In this document: one piece after another, positions 17,435 to 27,610 of the stretch | How the letters are laid out: the number at the start of each line of letters is the position of its first letter | Position numbering within the stretch: position 1 is the stretch's first letter | From: Anaerolinea sp. | Lineage (GTDB): Bacteria > Chloroflexota > Anaerolineae > Anaerolineales > UBA4823 | Assembly (NCBI GenBank): GCA_020722415.1 | Contig: DYKV01000006.1 | Location: 1-48,396, forward strand | Reading direction: 5' to 3' | DNA: 48,396 nucleotides | Notes under the pieces: model-generated | Databases searched by the model: none | The model's input: only the letters and a program-made list of their open reading frames with translations | Told to the model about the DNA's origin: nothing | Program-made: the position numbers and the translations under genes

Positions 17435-18886
17435 ATGTTTGACAAATTTGGAAAATACTTTTACCAAAATTTTCCGTTTAGCCGTGACCAGATTATCCTT
17501 GTGGGCGTTTCTGGAGGTCCGGACAGTTTGGCATTAATGTCTTTATTGGTGGAAGCAGGGCAGAAAATCGTTGTAGCCCATGTCAATCATCAAATCAGAC
17601 CCGAAGCGGACGAGGAAGAAAAGGGAGTTATCCGATTATCGGAAAAGCTCGGCTTACCCTGCATCACCAGCCGAGTGGCAGCAATAGCTTTTGCCAAGCA
17701 GGAATCATTATCGCTAGAAGAAGCCGCTCGCATACTTCGTTACCGTTTCCTCTTCCGTGAGGCGGAAAAAAACCACGCAGTTGCCGTCGCAGTTGGGCAT
17801 AATGCAGATGATCAAGTGGAAACTTTTTTATTGCACCTGTTGCGCGGTAGCGGAGTAAATGGCTTGAGAGGGATGAAATCTTTCGCATTACCTAATGCGT
17901 GGAGCAGCCAGATACCCTTGATTAGACCGTTATTAGGGATCTGGCGTTCCGAGATTTTAGACTACCTATCCAGCAAAGGAATTCGTCCCTTTTGGGATCG
18001 ATCGAACTGGGATAATCAATACACCCGCAATCGTATCCGCAATGAGCTTATCCCTATGCTCGAAGGGTATAACCCAGCTATTCGTAAACTGATTTGGCAG
18101 ACCTGTGCAGTTTTGAATTCCGATCTAGAAATATTAGAAAAATTAGAGCAGGATTTCTGGAAAGATATCTGTCTCCATGAAGATGAAAATTCCATTGAAT
18201 TCGATTTAGTGGAACTTAAAAAAAACCCTTTGTCAATGCAAAGGCGAATTGTGCGGAGAGCATGGCTGAAATTAACGCGAAAACCAGAAGAGATTGATTA
18301 CGAACATCTCTGTCAGATTACCGCTTGGATTAATCAGACACTGAGTGGAAAAAGAGAATTGGATACTTCGGTAACCTGGTTCAACGAATCGAAAAATGCT
18401 TGGATAATCCGAAAGGGATTTGAGCGAAGGCGAGCCCCATTTCCGCAATTACTGGATAAGGCAATTGTATCCCTCACCATCCCTGGCAGAACGAAGATTG
18501 GTGGGGAATGGTGGTTAAAGGCAGAGATAATAGAAAACAAGATAGATGAACCCTGGAAAAATAGTAAAAATGAAAAAAAGTGGGAAGCCTGGATTGATTT
18601 GAATAATTGTCGCTTGCCACTATTAATCCGCACATTTCAAGCGGGGGATCGCATTGATCCTTTCGGTTTAGGGGGTGCGCAGGTAAAAGTATCGGATATC
18701 TTCGTAAATCGAAAAATTCCTTATCGGTTTCGCCAATTTTATCCACTCATTTGCGACACATCCAGAATCATCTGGTTACCAGGATATACCATTTCGGAAG
18801 CGGTGCGGATAACTGACCAAACGCAAAAAATCCTCCATCTACTCATCGAGAGAGAGATGGATCCGAAAAATGTGCCAATAGGATGA
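17435..18886 (+). CDS. tilS: tRNA(Ile)-lysidine synthetase
   Basis: Carries the PP-loop VGVSGGPDS and a C-terminal TilS substrate-binding region. I prefer the ATG at 17435 over the track's TTG at 17393. A TATAAT at 17419-17424 lies 10 nt upstream of that ATG. Confidence 0.85.
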   Translation: MFDKFGKYFYQNFPFSRDQIILVGVSGGPDSLALMSLLVEAGQKIVVAHVNHQIRPEADEEEKGVIRLSEKLGLPCITSRVAAIAFAKQESLSLEEAARILRYRFLFREAEKNHAVAVAVGHNADDQVETFLLHLLRGSGVNGLRGMKSFALPNAWSSQIPLIRPLLGIWRSEILDYLSSKGIRPFWDRSNWDNQYTRNRIRNELIPMLEGYNPAIRKLIWQTCAVLNSDLEILEKLEQDFWKDICLHEDENSIEFDLVELKKNPLSMQRRIVRRAWLKLTRKPEEIDYEHLCQITAWINQTLSGKRELDTSVTWFNESKNAWIIRKGFERRRAPFPQLLDKAIVSLTIPGRTKIGGEWWLKAEIIENKIDEPWKNSKNEKKWEAWIDLNNCRLPLLIRTFQAGDRIDPFGLGGAQVKVSDIFVNRKIPYRFRQFYPLICDTSRIIWLPGYTISEAVRITDQTQKILHLLIEREMDPKNVPIG

Positions 18887-18898
18887 ACTAACAAATAT

Positions 18899-19801
18899 TT
18901 AAGAGGTGATGTCGTTAACCAAACGGTCAATCTTCATGCTTATCTCGCGCCATTGCACTTTTGAGAGACCGAGTTTTTGCCGCAGGTGATCCTTTTCCAT
19001 TCCGGCTAAGACATCGCGCACCGCACAAGTCCACCGGCACATATCAAAGGATATGTGCTTATGTAAACCAGCCTCAACCGAAAGGTCTTCTAGTAAATAT
19101 TCCAATCTCCTTTGAGACCATGGAAAAACTTGATCGGTGATGTGATATTGCTCACAATATTCATGATAAATTTCCAACCATTCTACTGGTAGTTTAATTT
19201 TTCGTTCCTTATACCGATATTGGGGATTGTTGTAGCGGACAAAGAGAATAGGCTGGTCTGGTGAGCTTTCGTCAATGTGATTTGTTGAAAGTGCTAGGCA
19301 TTCATTCTTTTTCAACCCTGTGGTAATTAAAAGGTAAAAAAGGGTATAGTATCGGGTATCTGGTTTAGCAGACTGACGATACTTTTGGCAAACCTCTAAT
19401 ACCAGTTCGACATCCTGGGGGGATAATACAGTTGGTAATGGACTTAGCACAACCTGCTGAACAAGCTTTTCGGCGGGGTTGTAAGGGATAATGGCATATT
19501 GATGCAACCAGCGAAAGAAGGATTTCAAAGCCGTAATGCGCCTTGATAATGTCTTCGGGCTGCAAGGTACGCCGCGGCTTTTTTCCATCCAAGTTAAAAA
19601 ACGATTTAAATCAGCGGTGGTGATATTACCCAAAGCGTGGGTAGGGGATAAAAAGCCAGCGAGCAATTTCAGATCATGGACAAAGGCTTTGATTGTGTGA
19701 GGTGAATTCCCTTGATCGGAGAGATAAACTGACCAGGCGGTGATAGCTGGGGTGAGCGTGGACCGGCTGGTTATGTGGGCAGTTAATGTTTCCTCAGGCA
19801 T
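18899..19801 (-). CDS. Tyrosine-recombinase (XerC/XerD)-fold protein with apparently degenerate catalytic residues
   Basis: 300-aa ORF. The N-terminal SAM-like core-binding region (HTIKAFVHDLKLLAGFL, LSRRITALKSFFRWL) and the C-terminal fold resemble Xer proteins. By-eye alignment to XerD places K for Arg-I (TTGLKKNE), D for His-II (SFDMCRW), L for His-III (KLGLS) and no tyrosine at the nucleophile position. Confidence 0.6.
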   Translation of the reverse strand: MPEETLTAHITSRSTLTPAITAWSVYLSDQGNSPHTIKAFVHDLKLLAGFLSPTHALGNITTADLNRFLTWMEKSRGVPCSPKTLSRRITALKSFFRWLHQYAIIPYNPAEKLVQQVVLSPLPTVLSPQDVELVLEVCQKYRQSAKPDTRYYTLFYLLITTGLKKNECLALSTNHIDESSPDQPILFVRYNNPQYRYKERKIKLPVEWLEIYHEYCEQYHITDQVFPWSQRRLEYLLEDLSVEAGLHKHISFDMCRWTCAVRDVLAGMEKDHLRQKLGLSKVQWREISMKIDRLVNDITS

Positions 19802-19839
19802 ATTTAGTTCCTTATTTTCGCATAGTCATTCCATAAAAG

Positions 19840-19868
19840 AGTTTAGCGAAAATTGAGTAATTTGTCAA
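19840..19868 (-). promoter_or_regulatory. Sigma70-type promoter for the recombinase-like gene
   Basis: The minus strand reads TTGACA (19868-19863), a 17-nt spacer, then TAAACT (19845-19840). AAGGA lies upstream of the ATG at 19801. Confidence 0.5.
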
Positions 19869-20013
19869 TGTTTTTTGGGGGATAAATTAGTCGAAAGATG
19901 CGCCTATAAAACAATCGACACTTTTTTCTCGTTCAGAAAGGTGTGCCTTTTGCCCGATGGAACAAAGGCACTGTTAAATCACTCCGCTTGTAAAGAAAAG
20001 GTTTGCGGAATTT

Positions 20014-20565
20014 TTATAAACCCAATTCGGGAGCAATACCCCGCATCGCAACGATGACATTACCGACATGCTCCCATAAGTCAACTCCAAATTCTTGAGT
20101 TGCTTTTTCTATTTCTTGACGGTTTGCGCCAGCGGCAAAGGCTTTATCTTTCCACTTCTTTTTAACGGAAGATACTTCTAGATCTGATAGGGAGCGGGAT
20201 GGTCGTACCAGCGCTACTGCGGTGATCAAACCGGTGATTTCATCACATGCATACAGTGCTTTTTCCATTCGGGTTGTCCGTTCAATTCCCGTATGGTCAG
20301 CATGACTAAGCACGGCATGAATAATCTCCTCTGGCACACCGTGTTGTCGTAAGATTGGCGCTCCTGCTTGGGGATGCTCTTGTAGGGTAGGGTGAATCTC
20401 CCAGTCAAAATCATGGAGTAAGCCTACAACCCCCCAGAGTTCGGGGTCTTCTCCGAATTTTTCGGCGTAGAAGCGCATAGCTGCTTCGACAGCCAGCATG
20501 TGGCGAATTAGGTTTTCATTTTTTACATATTGGTGGACTATATCAAGCGCTTGTTGACGATTCAT
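20014..20565 (-). CDS. HD-domain metal-dependent phosphohydrolase
   Basis: 183-aa ORF with the H...HD signature (LLHDFDWE) and later His/Asp residues. The start overlaps the upstream gene's stop (ATGA). Confidence 0.7.
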   Translation of the reverse strand: MNRQQALDIVHQYVKNENLIRHMLAVEAAMRFYAEKFGEDPELWGVVGLLHDFDWEIHPTLQEHPQAGAPILRQHGVPEEIIHAVLSHADHTGIERTTRMEKALYACDEITGLITAVALVRPSRSLSDLEVSSVKKKWKDKAFAAGANRQEIEKATQEFGVDLWEHVGNVIVAMRGIAPELGL

Positions 20566-21248
20566 TGAATCTCCTTTGGAAATATTGGCTCTGGGTTTCC
20601 CAGTACCGGTTTGGGGTGAATTATCCTTAAATCAGCAATTGCGTTGAGTGTTGCCATTGTTTCTCGGAGATTCCAATATAATTTACTGAGTTTCCTATAT
20701 GGATGAATATCGGAAGCTACACCCACAGCCTGGATGCCAAGTTGTTGACATGTGTAAAGTGCACGTGATAGGTGAAAGGATTGGGTTACCAGAATGGCGT
20801 TATCTACCCCGAAGATGAATTTTGCCCGATAACAGGTATCATAAGTCCTCCTTCCGGCGTAGTCCAATACGATTGCCTCTTTAGGAACACCCAAAGATAT
20901 TGCGAATGTTTGCATAGCTAATGGTTCATTGTAATCATCCCAGCGATTATCGCCGCTAAATAGCAATTTAGTCACCTTCCCTTTATTATATAACTGGCTG
21001 GCTACTTCTACTCTATCGCGCAATACAGTTGTTGGGCGACCACTGCGATTTAAACCGGCTCCGAACACAATTGCGATTTGCCGAGTTGGTACCTCTTCTA
21101 TGCTGTAAATGGAGTGTTTTATTGACCAATATACAACCCAGCGCAGCAAAAAGGGAGAAAAGAGAATTACCGTTACGATTAAAATAATTAAGCCCATTGC
21201 ACTTAATCGTGGAAAAATATTTCGCATAAATGAAAAATATTTTACCAT
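20562..21248 (-). CDS. DUF218 / SanA-YdcF-like membrane-anchored protein
   Basis: It has an N-terminal TM helix followed by a DUF218-like core (IAIVFGAG...LLFSGDN...). The start is uncertain: 21290, 21248 or 21227. Confidence 0.6.
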   Translation of the reverse strand: MVKYFSFMRNIFPRLSAMGLIILIVTVILFSPFLLRWVVYWSIKHSIYSIEEVPTRQIAIVFGAGLNRSGRPTTVLRDRVEVASQLYNKGKVTKLLFSGDNRWDDYNEPLAMQTFAISLGVPKEAIVLDYAGRRTYDTCYRAKFIFGVDNAILVTQSFHLSRALYTCQQLGIQAVGVASDIHPYRKLSKLYWNLRETMATLNAIADLRIIHPKPVLGNPEPIFPKEIQ

Positions 21249-21295
21249 GAAAGAGGATTGCATTCTCGACCGTGAGGGGTTACAATCCATCCGTT

Positions 21296-22678
21296 ATGGA
21301 AACGGAACATGTATATCAAAATACCTTAAATTATCTCTACAGTTTTGTAGATTACAGCTTGACAAAAGCGGATCGCTTAGCTCAAGCTAAATTTGACCTT
21401 TCGCGTATGCAAAGTTTGCTGGCAAAGTTGGGTAATCCGCATGACACATATCCTACAATCCACATAGCCGGCACCAAAGGGAAAGGTTCGGTAACCGCGA
21501 TGTGCGCAAGTGTTTTGCGTGAGGCTGGCTATCAAGTGGGGATGTATACCTCTCCTCACCTGGAAGATTATGCTGAGCGTATACAAGTTAATGGAGCAAA
21601 TATTCCACATAGAACATTGGTTTCTTTGATTGAAGAAATAAAACCAGCCGTAGAAAATATCAAAGATTTAACAACATTTGAGATCACCACTGCCCTGGCT
21701 TTCCTTTATTTTTCCCGCAGGAATGTAGATGTTGCCGTTGTAGAAGTAGGCTTGGGTGGACGTTTGGATGCCACCAATATTATTCATCCGGTCGTTTCTG
21801 TGATCACTTCTATTTCGTATGATCACACTTTTGTATTGGGAAATACACTGGCAGAGATTGCGCGGGAAAAGGGTGGAATAATCAAAGAAGGTGTTCCAGT
21901 GGTATGTGCGCCTCAGGAGCAGGAAGCCTGTGATGTCATTGCTGAAATTGCCATAACCCGACATTCGCCGCTCATTTCAATTGGGCGGGATGTCATCGGG
22001 AAAAAATTAACGCAATCACTTGATTTCCAAGACATTGAAATTACCGACTTTCTGCAACCGGAATTTCCTCCCCAGACGAATAGTGGGATGGAAGGAAAAA
22101 GAATACATCTTCAACTTCCATTACTGGGTGATCACCAAGTTGAGAATGCAACGGTAGCTTATGCAGCTTTGCGCCAATTTCAACAGAGAGAGCTCCCGAT
22201 AACTGATGATCAGATTATCCGTGGGTTTCGGAAAACGGTTTGGCAGGGACGTTTCGAGATTCTTTCCCGTCAACCGCCAATTATTTTGGATTGCGCTCAC
22301 AATCGAGAATCCATACAACAACTGGTGAAAACCTTGCAGCAAGTGTTTCCGGGACATAAACCAGTATTAATCTTTGGCGCATCAGAGGACAAAGATATAC
22401 CAGGAATGTTTTCAGATTTATTGCCACAGGTTGATGGGGTTATTGCCACGCGTTCATTTCACCCTCGGGCAATCGCAGCGGAGAAACTATTATCCTTGGC
22501 GAGACCTTATCAAAAACCGATTACAATTAATGAAAATATCTCCGATGCATTATTGTCAGCTCTAGAAAATATAAAGCCTTATCAGTTAATCATTGTGACC
22601 GGCAGTATTTTTGTGGTTGCTGAAGCGAGGCATGCCTGGTTTAATGAAGAACGATTTGCACCTTATAGAGCAAAATAA
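21296..22678 (+). CDS. folC: Bifunctional folylpolyglutamate synthase / dihydrofolate synthase
   Basis: Mur-ligase-type P-loop HIAGTKGKGS and downstream FolC motifs. I prefer the ATG at 21296. The track's GTG at 21272 would overlap the divergent gene. Confidence 0.85.
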   Translation: METEHVYQNTLNYLYSFVDYSLTKADRLAQAKFDLSRMQSLLAKLGNPHDTYPTIHIAGTKGKGSVTAMCASVLREAGYQVGMYTSPHLEDYAERIQVNGANIPHRTLVSLIEEIKPAVENIKDLTTFEITTALAFLYFSRRNVDVAVVEVGLGGRLDATNIIHPVVSVITSISYDHTFVLGNTLAEIAREKGGIIKEGVPVVCAPQEQEACDVIAEIAITRHSPLISIGRDVIGKKLTQSLDFQDIEITDFLQPEFPPQTNSGMEGKRIHLQLPLLGDHQVENATVAYAALRQFQQRELPITDDQIIRGFRKTVWQGRFEILSRQPPIILDCAHNRESIQQLVKTLQQVFPGHKPVLIFGASEDKDIPGMFSDLLPQVDGVIATRSFHPRAIAAEKLLSLARPYQKPITINENISDALLSALENIKPYQLIIVTGSIFVVAEARHAWFNEERFAPYRAK

Positions 22679-22729
22679 ATGAATGATTTTGAGATGAACA
22701 AAGAAGTTTGTTTAATTAAAGGTTAGAAG

Positions 22730-25279
22730 ATGAAAAACATGGAATGGTTTAACCAAGATCACGAAGATGAGTTTGGAGATGCGCTCTATCGGCGGACTGA
22801 AGAGCTCTACCAAATTCCGGATAGTATTCCCAATAAAAAAGGATTAATCGAATGTCCCGTTATTCCATTACGGGATTTGATCGTTTTTCCCCACATGATT
22901 TCACCGGTTTTCATTGATCGGGAAGAATCGATTCGGGCAATCGAAGAAGCCCAGATACTCGATAAAACGGTTATTGGGTTAACTCAAATTGATGCGGAGG
23001 TAGATTACCCAGATAAGCACGATTTTATCCCCATCGGGGTAGAGATGGCAGTGGGGCGAGTATTGGAAATGCCAGATGGCTCAAGCTCCGCGCTGGTTCA
23101 GGGCCGTCGCCGGGTTCAGATTGTCCAATTTGTCCATTTTGAGCCATTTATCAAGGTTCGTGCTCGCCCCATTTATGAAGTCCAAGAAATTGATAAAAAA
23201 ACCGATGCCACAATGCGCACGGCTTTAGAACTGTTCCATCGCTGTGTTGACCTCAATCGTAGCCTGCCAGAAGAAGCCTACTTATATGCGCTCAATATCA
23301 CTGAGCCAGGGTGGCTGGCTGATATGATAGTGACTACTATTGCTCCATCGTTAGAAGAACGAATGGAATTTCTCCAAATCCTTGATCCTTTAGAGAGAAT
23401 AAATAAGGTGGTAAGTTTATTAGCCCGAGAAGCAGATGTCCTTGAATTAGAAGATGAAATCCATACGCGGGCTCAGAGTGAAGTAGACCGCTCCCAACGA
23501 GAATATTACTTGCGTGAACAAATGCGTGCTATCCAAACAGAGTTGGGAGAAGGAGATATTTGGACACGTGAATTGGAAGAGTTGAAGGCACGCGTAGAGC
23601 AAGCTGATTTGCCCGAAGAAGCTCAAGCACGGGCATTAAAAGAAATTGAACGGCTAACTCAAATGCCACAAATGTCTCCAGAAATCGGTATCCTGCGCAC
23701 TTATATTGATTGGATTTTAGAATTGCCTTGGAAACAGGAAACACCAGATAACTTAGATGTAAAACATGCTGCCGAGATTTTAGAGAGGGATCACTATGGA
23801 ATACCAAAAGCAAAAGAACGTATTTTGGAATACATTGCTATTCGGAATTTAAAACCTAAGCGGATTCGTCAGCCAATTCTATGTTTTGTGGGTCCTCCGG
23901 GGACTGGCAAAACTTCCTTAGGTCAATCCATCGCCAATGCGCTCGGGCGGAAATTTGTCCGGCTTTCGTTGGGGGGAGTGCGAGATGAGGCAGAGATACG
24001 CGGCCATCGGCGTACCTATATTGGCGCCTTACCCGGGCGCATCTTGCAAACTATGAAACGCGCTGGAACAATTAACCCACTTTTTATGCTCGATGAAATC
24101 GATAAATTGGGAGGGGATTTTCGTGGTGATCCTTCAGCAGCTTTGTTGGAAGTTCTCGACCCGGAACAAAATTATGCTTTTTCTGACCATTATCTAGAAA
24201 TCCCTTATGATCTCTCGAAGGTGATGTTCATCACGACAGCCAATTATATCGGTACGATTCCAGCGGCTTTGTTAGATCGCATGGAACTGATTGAATTTCC
24301 TGGCTACATCGAGGAAGAAAAGATGGAGATTGCCACTCGTTTTCTCATCCCGCGTCAATTAGAAGAGAATGGATTAGAGGAAGTGCCGCTTCACTTTACA
24401 CCTGCGGCAGTGACAAAAATCATTCGAGAATACACTTATGAAGCTGGGGTGCGCAATTTGGAACGGGAAATTGGCAAGGTTTGCCGAAAGATCGCCAGAG
24501 CGAAAGCCGAAGGTAAACGGCACCCATTGCAGATCAATCCTAATTTGGTTGAAAAATATTTAGGGCCCCCGCAATATTTCAACTTAGAAGCCGAGCGGAA
24601 AAACGAGGTTGGAGTGGCGACTGCAATGGCATGGACGGAGTATGGCGGTGAAATTATGCCAGTTGAAGTGTTGCTTGTGGAAGGGAAAGGCGGAATGCAA
24701 ATCACTGGGCAGATTGGAAATGTGATGCAAGAATCAGCCCAGGCTGCCTTGACTTATCTGAAATCCCGCGCTGAAGATTTCAAGTTAGAGGTGGATTTAT
24801 TTGAAAAAATAGATATCCATATCCATATCCCCGAAGGAGCTGTACCAAAAGATGGTCCAAGCGCAGGAATTACTATTTGTACGGCGCTCGTCTCAGCATT
24901 TACCGGGCGAGAAGTATTAAAAGAAGTGGCAATGACTGGTGAGATCACCCTGCGCGGTCGGGTGCTTCCGGTGGGCGGAATCCGCGAAAAAGTTCTGGCG
25001 GCTCATCGGGCCGGCCTGAAAAGGATAATCATTCCGAAACGAAATACGAAAGATCTCATTGATATTCCTAAGCAAGTGCTTTCCGAATTAAATATCACTC
25101 CTGTTGATCACATGGATCAGGTTTTAGATATAGCTTTATCGTCTCTCCCCCCTAAACGAAAAGCAACGCGTTTGATGCGGCGATTAGCGGACGAAATCAA
25201 GAACGAGGAAACTAATTTTCAAAACGAAGAGAAGGCGAAAAAAAGAGGGCAGACTACCCTCATCCAACCGGGAGTGTAA
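22730..25279 (+). CDS. lon: ATP-dependent Lon protease (LonA)
   Basis: 849-aa ORF with a LON N-domain, an AAA+ module (GPPGTGKTS, Walker B FMLDEIDK) and a protease Ser-Lys dyad region ([11 protein letters not shown] ... K). Confidence 0.95.
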   Translation: MKNMEWFNQDHEDEFGDALYRRTEELYQIPDSIPNKKGLIECPVIPLRDLIVFPHMISPVFIDREESIRAIEEAQILDKTVIGLTQIDAEVDYPDKHDFIPIGVEMAVGRVLEMPDGSSSALVQGRRRVQIVQFVHFEPFIKVRARPIYEVQEIDKKTDATMRTALELFHRCVDLNRSLPEEAYLYALNITEPGWLADMIVTTIAPSLEERMEFLQILDPLERINKVVSLLAREADVLELEDEIHTRAQSEVDRSQREYYLREQMRAIQTELGEGDIWTRELEELKARVEQADLPEEAQARALKEIERLTQMPQMSPEIGILRTYIDWILELPWKQETPDNLDVKHAAEILERDHYGIPKAKERILEYIAIRNLKPKRIRQPILCFVGPPGTGKTSLGQSIANALGRKFVRLSLGGVRDEAEIRGHRRTYIGALPGRILQTMKRAGTINPLFMLDEIDKLGGDFRGDPSAALLEVLDPEQNYAFSDHYLEIPYDLSKVMFITTANYIGTIPAALLDRMELIEFPGYIEEEKMEIATRFLIPRQLEENGLEEVPLHFTPAAVTKIIREYTYEAGVRNLEREIGKVCRKIARAKAEGKRHPLQINPNLVEKYLGPPQYFNLEAERKNEVGVATAMAWTEYGGEIMPVEVLLVEGKGGMQITGQIGNVMQESAQAALTYLKSRAEDFKLEVDLFEKIDIHIHIPEGAVPKDGPSAGITICTALVSAFTGREVLKEVAMTGEITLRGRVLPVGGIREKVLAAHRAGLKRIIIPKRNTKDLIDIPKQVLSELNITPVDHMDQVLDIALSSLPPKRKATRLMRRLADEIKNEETNFQNEEKAKKRGQTTLIQPGV

Positions 25280-25284
25280 CATTT

Positions 25285-26202
25285 ATGCAACGTGCCTTAT
25301 TCGTATGGTTCATCTTGACCCTCCTCTTGGTGTCATGTGAAAGTAGATTGCCATTCGATCCACTGGATCAAAAGACAGCAACCCCTCAGTTGATTGCTAG
25401 CGTCACCCCTGACCGCCCAACCAAAACACCATTGCCTACGCAGACACCGTTCCCCAGATTTAATGAATCTGTTTCGGTGGTATTTCTCGGAGATGATCAA
25501 TTTCTAAATGTATATGCTAACCCGGGAGAAAAAACCAATCCCATCGCTCAACTTGCACCTCACATGGTTGGGATCAAATCGAGCGGGAAGGTACAAATGG
25601 ATAATGAAGCACTTTGGATTGAAATAGAAATCCCTCAGGGTGGGAAAGGTTGGGTTAATGCAGAAAATATCACCTCCTTTATTTTACCGACCGATTTTTG
25701 CAATAACCCAAAAGTTCCAAAAACTGTGGAGGCGATAATGAATGCCATCAAAAAGCGTAGCGAAGGGGATTTTTTAGAGAGGATCAGTCCGGTGCATGGT
25801 TTAAGGGTAAGATATCTTTGGCAAAACCAAGAAGTTAATCTGGGGAAAGCGGAGAATCTCAAGGGTATATTTACCGAAAACAAAGTGTATGATTGGGGAT
25901 TCGATCGTTCCCTCAACCAATTTGTGCAAGGATCTTTTGGGACGAACATCTTACCATCTCTAGAGTCTGTTTTCGATGGCAGTAAAACTTTGTGTAATAC
26001 CTTAGACCAAGGCATTGCAGCAGATTGGTCGAATGGCTACATTGAATGGCCTATTCCATATATAAATTTGAATTACATTGCGCTGTATCATCCCGCAAGT
26101 GAAGAGGATGCGTTAACCTGGCGAACGTGGGCGCTCGGAATGGAAGAAATCAATGACGAACTATATTTAACCACCATGGTTCAATATAAGTGGGAGTATT
26201 GA
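25285..26202 (+). CDS. Lipoprotein of unknown function (possible SH3b-like domain)
   Basis: Signal peptide plus lipobox (LLLVSC), then a Pro/Thr-rich linker. The start lies 5 nt after the lon stop. No catalytic motif recognised. Confidence 0.5.
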   Translation: MQRALFVWFILTLLLVSCESRLPFDPLDQKTATPQLIASVTPDRPTKTPLPTQTPFPRFNESVSVVFLGDDQFLNVYANPGEKTNPIAQLAPHMVGIKSSGKVQMDNEALWIEIEIPQGGKGWVNAENITSFILPTDFCNNPKVPKTVEAIMNAIKKRSEGDFLERISPVHGLRVRYLWQNQEVNLGKAENLKGIFTENKVYDWGFDRSLNQFVQGSFGTNILPSLESVFDGSKTLCNTLDQGIAADWSNGYIEWPIPYINLNYIALYHPASEEDALTWRTWALGMEEINDELYLTTMVQYKWEY

Positions 26203-26275
26203 TTGTCTTAAACGGGGTTTCACCTAATGATATAATTAGGCAGTGTAATAACAGGGTAAATCAAAAGGAGTGAAT

Positions 26276-27610
26276 ATGCAAATATTAAACCTACCTGGTC
26301 CAAAGGCAAGGGCTATCGTAAAGCGCGATCAGGATGTGATTTCCCCCTCTTATCCGCGTGGTTATCCTTTTGTGATGGATCATGGCATTGGCACAGAAGT
26401 ATGGGATGTAGATGGCAATCGTTTTTTAGATTTTGCTGCAGGTATCGCAGTGGTATCTACTGGTCATAGTCACCCAAAAGTGGTCGAGGCAATCACTGAA
26501 CAAGCAAAAAAATTTCTCCATATATCCTCGGATTTCTATCATGTTAAATGGGTAGAGTTAGGGGAGCGTCTAAATGATATCGCTCCATTTTTAGATAACG
26601 CCATGTCTTTTATGACAAACTCGGGTACCGAGAGCGTAGAGGCAGCCATCAAACTCGCCCGCCATTACACTGGCAGAACTGAATTTATTGGTTTCTTGGG
26701 GGCATTCCATGGCAGAACTATGGGCGCGGTGACATTTACCGCCAGCAAACCTGTTTATCATCGTGATTTTTACCCATTATTAAATGGTGTTACTCATGTA
26801 CCTTTTCCGGATCCCTATCGTCCTATTCTTATTCCGAATGAAGGGGAAGATTATGGTGAGACTGTTGTCCGCTATATCGAAGAGCAAATTATGGGGCATG
26901 TTTTACCGCCGGATAACATTGCTGGAATCCTAGTCGAGCCAATTCAAGGAGAAGGTGGGTATATCGTTCCAACCCCAAAATTTTTTCCAGCGTTACGGCG
27001 ACTTTGCGACAAATATGGTATTCTCTTGATTGTAGATGAAGTTCAAAGCGGGGTGGGGCGGACTGGAAAATGGTGGGCGATTGAACATTGGGATGTAGAA
27101 CCGGATATCGTTTGCGCAGCAAAGGGAATTGCTTCTGGATTACCGATGGGAGCAATGATTGCAAAAGAGTACATCATGAATTGGCCAAAAGGCGCCCATG
27201 GAAACACTTTCGGCGGTAATCCACTTGCTTGTGCTGCTGCTCTGGCTACAATTGAATTAATTGAAAACGGGTATTTGGAAAATGCAGCCACCATGGGTGA
27301 GTATATTATGGACGCGTTAGATGAAATCCAAATGCGCCATCCATCAATCGGAGAAGTGCGTGGAAAAGGATTAATGATCGGAGTAGAGTTTGTTCAAGAT
27401 CGGACTACAAAAGAACATGCGGAAAAACTGCGCGATTTAATTGTGGATAACGCATTTCGCCGGGGTTTATTGTTATTGGGATGCGGGAAGAGTACGATTA
27501 GATTTGCACCACCTTTATGTGTCAGCCGGGCAGAAGCTGATGAAGCGCTGGAAATTTTTGATGAAGCGGTTACTGTAAGCGAGAAAGAGATTCAAGCCGT
27601 TGTTACCTGA
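26276..27610 (+). CDS. Class-III PLP aminotransferase (4-aminobutyrate / acetylornithine aminotransferase family)
   Basis: Carries FLDFAAGIAVVSTGHSHP, DEVQSGVGRTG and the PLP-lysine context CAAKGIASG. The ATG at 26276 is preceded by AAGGAG at 5-nt spacing, so the track's GTG at 26270 is unlikely. Confidence 0.85.
   Translation: MQILNLPGPKARAIVKRDQDVISPSYPRGYPFVMDHGIGTEVWDVDGNRFLDFAAGIAVVSTGHSHPKVVEAITEQAKKFLHISSDFYHVKWVELGERLNDIAPFLDNAMSFMTNSGTESVEAAIKLARHYTGRTEFIGFLGAFHGRTMGAVTFTASKPVYHRDFYPLLNGVTHVPFPDPYRPILIPNEGEDYGETVVRYIEEQIMGHVLPPDNIAGILVEPIQGEGGYIVPTPKFFPALRRLCDKYGILLIVDEVQSGVGRTGKWWAIEHWDVEPDIVCAAKGIASGLPMGAMIAKEYIMNWPKGAHGNTFGGNPLACAAALATIELIENGYLENAATMGEYIMDALDEIQMRHPSIGEVRGKGLMIGVEFVQDRTTKEHAEKLRDLIVDNAFRRGLLLLGCGKSTIRFAPPLCVSRAEADEALEIFDEAVTVSEKEIQAVVT

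Noticed and set aside
18899-19801. The integrase-like gene as a marker of a prophage or genomic island.
   Set aside because: It has no flanking direct repeats, tRNA gene, phage or transposase genes. The neighbours are tilS and an HD/DUF218 operon. The catalytic residues appear degenerate.
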